Source of the DNA: Candidatus Undinarchaeota archaeon
Lineage (GTDB): Archaea; SpSt-1190
DNA length: 23,693 bases
Assembly: GCA_964449215.1 (NCBI GenBank)
Contig: CAYVAH010000008.1
Location: 1-23,693 of the forward strand
Direction of reading: 5' to 3'
The number at the start of each line of letters is the position of its first letter. The stretch's first letter is position 1. This document shows, piece after piece, positions 1-6,894 of this stretch. Made by a program: the position numbers and the translations under genes. Below the pieces are notes generated by a model, which saw nothing but the letters and a program-made list of their open reading frames with translations, searched no databases and was not told the DNA's origin.

Positions 1-35
1 GAAGGGACACTCACCAGCTTTTCATCTTTGAGCAT
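1..35 (-). CDS. Possible 5' end of a gene running off the left edge (MLKDEKLVSVP...)
   Basis: ATG at 35-33 lies 1 nt after the dedA stop, and the frame is open to the window edge. Too short to identify. Confidence 0.3.
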   Translation of the reverse strand, partial: MLKDEKLVSVP

Positions 36-36
36 T

Positions 37-621
37 TTAAAGCTTATCAACCGCTTCGAGAAACTTCCTGTAGCACAGATACATCACGGGAAGCAGGAGG
101 ACGACCAGCACAGAAAGGTATCTGCCGTATTGGTGGACAAGTTCCCAGTTCTCACCAAGGAAATAACCCAGATAAGCAAGCGAGGAGTTCCACACAAGGG
201 CGCCCATCACCGTGAAGAGCATGAATTTCCCCCTCGGGACTCTGGCAAATCCGGCCGGCAGGGAAATGAACATCCTCACCGCGGGCATCATCTGGCCGAA
301 CAGCACAGCCTTCAGGCCATGGTGGTCAAAGAACTTCTGGGTCACCTTCAGGTGCTCCTCGAGGAAATGAATGCGGTGAATCCAGGTCATCTTCGTCCCG
401 ACATAGTAGGCCACAAGAGAGCCGGCCAGGTTTCCGAGGGTGGAAACCAGGACAAGGGCAGGTAGCGAAAAGTAGCCGAGGGAGACAAGAAACCCGCCGA
501 AGGGCATGGCCACCTCGCTTGGCACGGGCATCACAGCAGAGCCCGTGAGAGCCGCCACGAACATGGCAAGCAAACCGTATTCGGCGAGAAAACCCTTCAA
601 GGACTCAATCACCACAAGCAC
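37..621 (-). CDS. dedA: DedA/SNARE-associated (VTT) family membrane protein
   Basis: Hydrophobic 194 aa with DedA motifs 'PVPSEVAMPFGGFL', 'GNLAGSLVAYYVG', 'FFDHHG..AVLFGQMMPAVRMFISLPAG' and 'GALVW'. GTG start; the true start could be a GTG 2-3 codons downstream. Confidence 0.9.
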   Translation of the reverse strand: MLVVIESLKGFLAEYGLLAMFVAALTGSAVMPVPSEVAMPFGGFLVSLGYFSLPALVLVSTLGNLAGSLVAYYVGTKMTWIHRIHFLEEHLKVTQKFFDHHGLKAVLFGQMMPAVRMFISLPAGFARVPRGKFMLFTVMGALVWNSSLAYLGYFLGENWELVHQYGRYLSVLVVLLLPVMYLCYRKFLEAVDKL

Positions 622-650
622 CGACGGGAAAAAGGGCGCCCTATAAAAGT

Positions 651-1412
651 CTATCGAACCCCTATGGAAGCATATCCCACAACGGCAGAGCGGTCCCCGG
701 TCACATCCCCGGAAGTGTAATACATTATCAGCTCCCTTTCAGCCCGGGGGAATGTGTAGAGCAGGACCATGGCGGGGAACAGCCCACACATGCTTATGTT
801 GTTGTCCCTGACAACCTTCATAAACCTCTCCGGGCCTCCAGAGATAAAAGCATCTATCGCAAGGGAGTCGAGCTCGGTTGCCCTGTCATGTGGAACATAG
901 TGGCTCATGTCCGATGTGGCAACCACGGGAACTCGAAGCTCAGAAAGGGCCCTGCCGAGCTCCCTCAAGCGGTTGATTGGAACCTGTGGAACCGTTACGG
1001 GAAGGAATGAAAAATCACCCCAGAGATACTGGAGAAAGGGAAGCTGGACCTCAATACTGTGCTCCCTGAAGCTCTCAACGACGGGCATACCGAGGGAATC
1101 GAGAGCCTCCGCCAGACCATCATCCACCGGAACCTTTCCGAGAGGGGTTTCCCACTCCATATAGGGGTGAAGACTTATGTCAATAGCGTTCCCGTAGTGG
1201 TCATTGCCAAGAATCACCAGGCTTGCCGATTTCCGGAGAGCCCTGTAAAGGGAAGCCGCGGCAAGGCCTGAAAAAGTATACCCGGCATGAGGAGCAATGC
1301 CCCCCTTGAATTCCTCACCCTGACCGACCTTCCCAAAAAGCCCTTTCAGGACCCTGCGGAGGGTGGGGGGGTCAAAGGGATAAAAGCCCCGGGCCTGCGG
1401 ACGTCTTATCAC
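651..1412 (-). CDS. MEMO1 family protein (AmmeMemoRadiSam system protein B)
   Basis: 'RRPQARGFYP', 'IAPHAGYTFSG', 'WETPLG', 'EHSIEVQLPFLQ', 'SDMSHY', 'SMCG', 'YYTSGDVTGD..AVVGYASI'. Confidence 0.93.
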   Translation of the reverse strand: MIRRPQARGFYPFDPPTLRRVLKGLFGKVGQGEEFKGGIAPHAGYTFSGLAAASLYRALRKSASLVILGNDHYGNAIDISLHPYMEWETPLGKVPVDDGLAEALDSLGMPVVESFREHSIEVQLPFLQYLWGDFSFLPVTVPQVPINRLRELGRALSELRVPVVATSDMSHYVPHDRATELDSLAIDAFISGGPERFMKVVRDNNISMCGLFPAMVLLYTFPRAERELIMYYTSGDVTGDRSAVVGYASIGVR

Positions 1413-1435
1413 GAAAAAACAAGAGCAGGAGGTTT

Positions 1436-2035
1436 TTATCCTTGCTCCTCCACCTGCTTGCTCATAAAGTCCTCCACCTTATCGGGGATTTCCGCATCCT
1501 TCTTCAGCTCCCCCCTCTCATGAAGCACATAGTTGGTGAGGAGCCAGTAAACAGCGGCCAGGGAACGGCGGCCCTTGTTGTTGCAGGGAATCACGAGATC
1601 CACGTTTTCGAAGCTGTTGTTCGTTGAAGCGAGCGACACCACGGGCATTCCCCTGGAAACCGCCTCGGATATTGCCTGCCGGTCACCATACGGGTCTGCA
1701 GCCACAACTATTCCCGGCTCGATGAAGTATCGGAGATTGGGATTTGTCATCGTTCCTGGCATGAACCTCCCGGGGATGAACCGGGCACCTATGGCGGTGG
1801 CGAACTTCCCCGCTGGACGCTGTGCCTGTTCCCTCGAAGCCACAACAAGCACGTCCTCCGGTGGGTACTGGGCTATCAAACGCGAGGCAGCCTTCAAGCG
1901 GTCAATCGTATCCTGGACATTCAGGATGGCAAGTCCATCTTCACGAATCTTGAAAATGAACTTTTTCATATGTGCGACCTTTCGTTGCGTGCCTATATGC
2001 ACACCATTCTTGACCAGCACCTGCCTCGCATTCAT
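1436..2035 (-). CDS. rps2: 30S ribosomal protein S2 (uS2)
   Basis: 'GVHIGTQ', 'IREDGLAILNV', 'GRFMPGTMTNP', 'DLVIPCNNKGRRSLA'. SD-like GAGGTG upstream. Confidence 0.97.
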   Translation of the reverse strand: MNARQVLVKNGVHIGTQRKVAHMKKFIFKIREDGLAILNVQDTIDRLKAASRLIAQYPPEDVLVVASREQAQRPAGKFATAIGARFIPGRFMPGTMTNPNLRYFIEPGIVVAADPYGDRQAISEAVSRGMPVVSLASTNNSFENVDLVIPCNNKGRRSLAAVYWLLTNYVLHERGELKKDAEIPDKVEDFMSKQVEEQG

Positions 2036-2044
2036 AGGAACACC

Positions 2045-2812
2045 TCATTTCAAAGCCTTTAAGAGGTTTTTGCTGTGCTTTATTGCCCTCCCCAGCACTT
2101 CCTCAATCTCCTTGTCACTGAAACCACCGTCCCCTCCCTTCTGCAAGGACACTATGTTCCCGTCCTTTACACCAACTGTGATTCTGGCGGACGATGCTTC
2201 CTCCTCTTCCATGGTCGGGTCCACCACGATATGCCCACCTATCTTGGCAAATGTTGCCGACACCACGGTGCCGTCCACGGGGAGCTTCTTCTTGCTGTCG
2301 CGAATTATCTCTCCATCCTTGTATTCAGGCAACCTGGCAGTGGAGAGCGCGGCCATGGCAGCCAGGCACGCAGCATCGAAGATGTTCCCGTTCGCGTTCA
2401 GCGTGTAGATATCCACGAACACCATCCAGACTTTCTCCCCAGGGGTTATGCACAGCTTCTCAAGGTCAATGACCTCGGACTCCCGGATGGCCCTGTCAAC
2501 AACCCGGGCCACCTCTATGGCATCCTCACCAGGGGGACCTGACTCGAATTCGCCACTGCTCATGGCCGTCAGCTCGGCCCCTGTCATCAACACCCCCTTA
2601 TCGGGTGTATCGGGGAAAGGTTCGCCAACATCAAGCTTCACCCCTACTATGACCTGACTGTCCCCTATGGACACGATAGCGGAGCCTTCAGCCTTCTCAA
2701 CGACACCCGTCTCCACCTTTATCTTGCGGAACTCATCCGGCTTCCTGCCATCAAGTCGCCTGCCATCCTTCAGGAAGTCCTCAATAGCTTTCTTTGTAAT
2801 GTTACTTATCAT
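2045..2812 (-). CDS. rrp42: Exosome complex component Rrp42
   Basis: RNase PH fold motifs 'GRRLDGRKPDEFR', 'KAEGSA', 'PFPDTPDKG', 'PPGEDAIEVARVVDRAIRES', 'VDPTMEEE'. Follows rrp41 with an ATGA overlap. Confidence 0.96.
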   Translation of the reverse strand: MISNITKKAIEDFLKDGRRLDGRKPDEFRKIKVETGVVEKAEGSAIVSIGDSQVIVGVKLDVGEPFPDTPDKGVLMTGAELTAMSSGEFESGPPGEDAIEVARVVDRAIRESEVIDLEKLCITPGEKVWMVFVDIYTLNANGNIFDAACLAAMAALSTARLPEYKDGEIIRDSKKKLPVDGTVVSATFAKIGGHIVVDPTMEEEEASSARITVGVKDGNIVSLQKGGDGGFSDKEIEEVLGRAIKHSKNLLKALK

Positions 2813-3546
2813 TCCAATCCCTCCACGTATTTTTCCTTCAGGGCTCTCACCTGCTCCTTATAAACGGCGTCAATTGCCTTGTCAGCCATCTCCTTGCCCT
2901 TAAGGAACTCCTCCTTTGTCATATTCCCGTCCATCTGAAGAAGGACGACCTCCCCCGTACTGTATGAGCGGGCATATGCCACATCCGCCATGCCCCACTG
3001 GTCCTCGGGCTTGAACACATCCACCACCACGTGCCCCCTACCCTTCCCGTCATAGACCTTTCCGAAGGTCATACCGGTGACCAGGCTCCTCATGGGAATC
3101 CCGGCATCAGCCAGGGCGACCGAAGCCGCATTCAGCCCCGTAATTCTGGTGCTGGCATCCGCCTGCACAACAGACACGAAAACGTCTATTGCAGCACGGG
3201 GAAACTTCTCCGTGAAAACCACATTACGAAAAGCCTCCGACAGCACCTTGCTTATCTCGACTTCCCTGCGGCCGGGACCGGGTCGCTTGCGGTCCTCAAC
3301 AGAGAATGAAAGCATGTCATACTTCACCCGCACAAGGGCCTTGTTGGACATTATCATGTGCCTCGGGTGAAGCTCCCTTGGGCCGTAAACGGCTGCCACA
3401 ACCCGCGTTTTCCCGAACTCGGCAACGGCAGAACCGTCGGCATTCTTGACCACGCCCGTTGAAATCTTCATTTTCCGGAACTCCTCGGGTTTCCGCCCAT
3501 CAAGGCGCTTCCCACCCTTTATCAGGTATTTAGGCTTCTTTTCCAT
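2809..3546 (-). CDS. rrp41: Exosome complex exonuclease Rrp41
   Basis: 'RLDGRKPEEFR', 'NADGSA', 'VYGPRELHPRH', 'FSVEDRKRPGPGRREVEIS', 'QADASTR', acidic 'EDQWGMAD'. ATG at 3546 preferred; GTG at 3555 is the alternative. Confidence 0.96.
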   Translation of the reverse strand: MEKKPKYLIKGGKRLDGRKPEEFRKMKISTGVVKNADGSAVAEFGKTRVVAAVYGPRELHPRHMIMSNKALVRVKYDMLSFSVEDRKRPGPGRREVEISKVLSEAFRNVVFTEKFPRAAIDVFVSVVQADASTRITGLNAASVALADAGIPMRSLVTGMTFGKVYDGKGRGHVVVDVFKPEDQWGMADVAYARSYSTGEVVLLQMDGNMTKEEFLKGKEMADKAIDAVYKEQVRALKEKYVEGLE

Positions 3547-4216
3547 TTCCTTCACTCTCCAGTATCTTCTTCACGGCATCGGTGAGCCCTGAGGTGTGTG
3601 CCTCTGTCTCTATCTTTCTGATAACCTTCAGCACGAGCTCCTCGTTCCCACCACTTATCCAGATCCTGCCGTTCTGACCAACGAACATTTTACTGCCGGT
3701 GTATTCTTTTATCATCTTTATCATACTCGCGTTCTTCCCTATAATTCTCGGTATCTTCGAAGGCTGAACCGTGACGAGGCGCCCATCAGTGAGCTTCCTC
3801 AATCCCGGACCCTTGGCGGTTACCATCACCCCCATGGCATCATCTATCCCCGTTATCTTGCATATCACAGCGTCTCCAACCTCAAAGTAGTTCGTCAGCT
3901 TGTCCTTCTTCAGGTCTATGAACCGGTCGGTCGCCTCGCCAATCATCATTATTGCTTCGTAAGGTGAGTTTATGTCCAGCGTCCAGTTGCTGTATCTTAC
4001 CTCCGTCACTATCCCGATAACAGGGTCATCCTTCTTGGGCATATACCTCCCGGACAGGGGGATAACCTTAACAAGCCTGTCCCTGGTATGCGCCAGTCCC
4101 AAAATGGCGGCCCTTATCTCCGGACCGCTCCTGTAAGTTCCATCTCCGGGCAAGTAATCCATCCCTTCAATAATTTTCTCGCCCGGGACAACCAGTTTTT
4201 TTCCTTCCATTTTCAT
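3530..4216 (-). CDS. rrp4: Exosome complex RNA-binding protein Rrp4 (S1 + KH)
   Basis: 'LVVPGE', 'VIPLSGRYMPKKDDPVIG', 'DINSPY', KH 'KIPRIIGKNASMI', 'VGQNGRIW', 'EAHTSGLT'. Confidence 0.96.
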   Translation of the reverse strand: MKMEGKKLVVPGEKIIEGMDYLPGDGTYRSGPEIRAAILGLAHTRDRLVKVIPLSGRYMPKKDDPVIGIVTEVRYSNWTLDINSPYEAIMMIGEATDRFIDLKKDKLTNYFEVGDAVICKITGIDDAMGVMVTAKGPGLRKLTDGRLVTVQPSKIPRIIGKNASMIKMIKEYTGSKMFVGQNGRIWISGGNEELVLKVIRKIETEAHTSGLTDAVKKILESEGNGKEA

Positions 4217-4899
4217 ACCTCCTTGACTATGACTTCCCCACGGGTGGCGTCCCCCAGCTTCGCAATGACATCCACCTTGGAGCCACTCGGGACCTCAATC
4301 CGCACCTGCAAGCTTCCGTTCGCCAGCCAGTTCTCCTTCAGGAGTTTGCCCATGCCCTTCAGCCTGCCGTAGAGCGAAGGCGCGTATGCAGCTGGCACTA
4401 TCACCTCAAGCACAGTCGTGCCGAAGCTTACCGGAAGCACCGGCCGGATGGCCTTCACAATCTCATCAACCTGAACGGCAACGGGTCGGTCATCTATCTT
4501 AACCTTCGCCTCTTTCAGAGCCCATTCAATCCTTTCACGGGTGTGCGGCAACTTGGTGCGTGGGTCCACTGAATTCCTCGCAATCGTTTCAATTATCCGG
4601 TTCCGCATCTTCTCTATGATCCGGCGCTTCTGCTCTGTCGTGAGGTGGAATTCCCCCTTCCGGAGAATCTCATAGGCAGCCGCCTCAACGTCATCAGTCC
4701 CAAAAGCCTCCTGTATGTCTGCAAGGCTCGCCTTGTCAGCTGCCCTTGCATCCTTGAATATCTCCACTATGGCAAGCGCCTCGTGAATGGGAACCTGTTT
4801 TCCTTCACGTATCTTCAGAACGGCATCAGGGTCCGCCAGGACCTCAAATTTCCCGCCCTTCTCAAGTCTAACAATGGCTGCATCCTCAACCCGAACCAT
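4213..4899 (-). CDS. sdo1: Ribosome maturation factor SBDS/Sdo1
   Basis: 'KFEVLADP', 'IFKDAR', 'FGTDD', 'GEFHLTTEQKR', 'DPRTKLPH'. Conserved position between psmA and rrp4. Confidence 0.95.
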   Translation of the reverse strand: MVRVEDAAIVRLEKGGKFEVLADPDAVLKIREGKQVPIHEALAIVEIFKDARAADKASLADIQEAFGTDDVEAAAYEILRKGEFHLTTEQKRRIIEKMRNRIIETIARNSVDPRTKLPHTRERIEWALKEAKVKIDDRPVAVQVDEIVKAIRPVLPVSFGTTVLEVIVPAAYAPSLYGRLKGMGKLLKENWLANGSLQVRIEVPSGSKVDVIAKLGDATRGEVIVKEV

Positions 4900-5602
4900 G
4901 CGACATCGCCTCTAGCTCCCCCAGGGAGAGCTTCCTAAATCCTTTTTTCGTAATCTCGGCGACTTCAACCCTCTTCATTGAGAACTTGTCCTTCAAAAAG
5001 ACCTTGAGCGCCTCAATTCCCAGGGGGAAGGCGTCCTTCAAAACAATGCCAGGGGAATACTTGGCATCCAGGACCTTCATAACAGCTTCCCTCCCCTCAC
5101 CGACCGCCGTGGCGGACCACTCAGTTGGCGTCCCGCTGGGGTCTATCTCATACAGCCTCGGCTCGTCATCATACCCGGCAAGCACAACCGTTACGCCGAA
5201 GGGACGGAGCCCCCCGTATTGCGTGAATATCTGCATGTAGCTGCTAACGTCGTGCACCAGCTGCCTCACGGTTATCGGCTCATCATAGACAAGCCTGTGC
5301 CTCTGTGCCTGCAACCTCGCCTGTTCTATGAGCTTCCTCCCATCGGCAACGAGTCCGGTGGTCGCCGCACCTATATGGTCATCAACCTTGTAAACCTTCT
5401 CGATGCTCCTCGCCATTATGAGGCTGTGGAGCACCTTCTTGTCCGCCAGCATCGCCACACCATCTTTGGCCCTTATGCCAATGACAGTGGCACCCCTCTT
5501 GACGGCCTCCATGGCGTACTGAACCTGAAACAGCCTGCCGTCCGGGCTGAAAACAGTGACAACACGGTCATAGCCCATACCATCTGGAGCAATTATCTGC
5601 AT
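4886..5602 (-). CDS. psmA: Proteasome subunit alpha
   Basis: 'GYDRVVTVFSPDGRLFQVQYAMEAVKRG', 'GLVADGR', 'TQYGGLRPFGV', 'DPSG'. SD AGGTGA upstream. Confidence 0.97.
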   Translation of the reverse strand: MQIIAPDGMGYDRVVTVFSPDGRLFQVQYAMEAVKRGATVIGIRAKDGVAMLADKKVLHSLIMARSIEKVYKVDDHIGAATTGLVADGRKLIEQARLQAQRHRLVYDEPITVRQLVHDVSSYMQIFTQYGGLRPFGVTVVLAGYDDEPRLYEIDPSGTPTEWSATAVGEGREAVMKVLDAKYSPGIVLKDAFPLGIEALKVFLKDKFSMKRVEVAEITKKGFRKLSLGELEAMSHGSG

Positions 5603-5632
5603 ATCAAATCACCTAAATTGACTTGTCGAGGG

Positions 5633-5644
5633 GTTTTTAAAAAC
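5633..5644. promoter_or_regulatory. Palindromic TATA box (GTTTTTAAAAAC), probably shared by divergent psmA operon and methyltransferase
   Basis: Perfect 12-bp palindrome in a 60-bp divergent gap. First T is at -29 from GTG 5663 (+) and at -41 from the psmA ATG (-), which has an SD. Confidence 0.65.
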
Positions 5645-5662
5645 TATCCCGACTTTGATTCA

Positions 5663-6184
5663 GTGTGGCTCGAATATTTCCGCAAATGGGCACGCAGTTA
5701 TGACAGAGAAACCAAAACCTATGGTTACGAACCCTGGAAACTCCTGAAACACTTCTTGCATGATATCGGCAGGAGGGAACGTGGGCTGGATGTTGGGTGC
5801 GGGACCGGGAGGTCGCTGGAAGCACTGGCAAGGATCTGCAGGAAGGTTGCCGGCGTGGAACCTGTGGAAAAAATGGCGAGACAGGCGGAGGCCAGGGGGT
5901 TCGAGGTTCTACGGCTCAGGGGAGAAGAACTCCAAAAGATAGGTGAAAAATTTGACCTCATAACGTTCTTCGCGAGTATCGACTACATGGACGCCGGGAT
6001 GGCCGCCAGGGGATGCCTGAAAATCCTCGCTCCGGGGGGGCTGGTGTTCCTGACAGTCGAGCCGCAGAATGAGCAGAGGGTACTGGAGGCCTTCAGAGAT
6101 TTCAAGGTGGTCAAGAGGCGCATGGCAAGGGCATATGAGGGACAGAGGTACGTGTGCCTGCTTTTGAGCGCTGCAAAGAGCTAA
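5663..6184 (+). CDS. Class I SAM-dependent methyltransferase
   Basis: Motif I 'GLDVGCGTG', 'GVEP', 'FDLIT', 'LAPGG'; N-terminal 'WARSYD'. The ORF-track extension to 5219 overlaps psmA antisense, so GTG 5663 is the likely start. Confidence 0.85.
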   Translation: MWLEYFRKWARSYDRETKTYGYEPWKLLKHFLHDIGRRERGLDVGCGTGRSLEALARICRKVAGVEPVEKMARQAEARGFEVLRLRGEELQKIGEKFDLITFFASIDYMDAGMAARGCLKILAPGGLVFLTVEPQNEQRVLEAFRDFKVVKRRMARAYEGQRYVCLLLSAAKS

Positions 6185-6187
6185 CAG

Positions 6188-6219
6188 TTATATATTCCCT
6201 TGTGGAAGCTTAGAGGTGA
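6188..6219 (+). promoter_or_regulatory. TATA box (TTATATAT) and SD-like GAGGTGA for the PRC-barrel gene
   Basis: TTATATAT at 6188-6195, GAGGTGA at 6213-6219, ATG at 6225. Confidence 0.55.
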
Positions 6220-6224
6220 ATCAA

Positions 6225-6512
6225 ATGGAAGAGAGGAGTGTCACTCAAACTTATGGAAAGGCTGTTTACACAGATGAAGGCTTCCTGTTCGGCAGGGTTC
6301 AGGATGTCGTGCTGGGCAAATACGCCGTGCAGGGATGGGTCGTCGGCATACCACCGGAAAGTGTGCTGAAAAGGGCAGTTCCCAGTGTGAGGGCGGTTGT
6401 CGTGCCGCACAAAGCCGTCAAAGCCGCGGGGGACATAATACTGATAAGCTCAAAGCTTGAGGTCCCGCAGCCAAGCCGTGGGGATGAGGAAGCTGAAGCA
6501 AAGGCCAAGTAG
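6225..6512 (+). CDS. Stand-alone PRC-barrel protein, similar to the archaeal cell-division CdpB family
   Basis: 'YGKAVYTDEGFLFGRVQDVVL' and 'VVVPHKAVKAAGDIILI' match the PRC-barrel pattern. GTG at 6216 is an alternative start. Confidence 0.8.
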   Translation: MEERSVTQTYGKAVYTDEGFLFGRVQDVVLGKYAVQGWVVGIPPESVLKRAVPSVRAVVVPHKAVKAAGDIILISSKLEVPQPSRGDEEAEAKAK

Positions 6513-6550
6513 CCGATAAATATTTAACCTGGTTTTATTTTTTGGGAGTA

Positions 6551-6877
6551 ATGAGTCCCGAGAGGTTACTTCGGAAAGCCGAGGAATATGCACAGGGTGG
6601 GGAGGTTGAAAAAACTGAGAACATCCTGAAAGGTTACTTTGAATTTGGCGGGGGGGACCATAAGAAGGTTCGAGAAATTCTGATAGAATGTTACAGAAGA
6701 GCGCTGGAAAAAGAGGACAAATTGATAAACAACTATTTCGGGGACCCGGGATTGCGATCCTTGCCCATCACCCCGACCGCCCCGACCGGAAGACTCCCAG
6801 AATACACAGAAAAGCTTGAACTCGTCAGAAAGCGTGAATATGACATAATGGAGATTCTGGGCAACAGGAAGGCATAA
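6551..6877 (+). CDS. Hypothetical protein (charged, helical, 108 aa)
   Basis: Fills the gap between PRC-barrel and alaS. TATTTAA at -30 from ATG 6551. No recognisable motif. Confidence 0.6.
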   Translation: MSPERLLRKAEEYAQGGEVEKTENILKGYFEFGGGDHKKVREILIECYRRALEKEDKLINNYFGDPGLRSLPITPTAPTGRLPEYTEKLELVRKREYDIMEILGNRKA

Positions 6878-6894
6878 TAATCACCCGGGGAAGA

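Noticed and set aside
1575..2408. 277-aa plus-strand ORF
   Set aside because: Antisense to rps2/rrp42, with no protein-like motifs.
5219..5662. N-terminal 148 codons of the 321-aa ORF (apparent methyltransferase fusion)
   Set aside because: Antisense to psmA and spans the promoter. Recognisable methyltransferase sequence starts only at GTG 5663.
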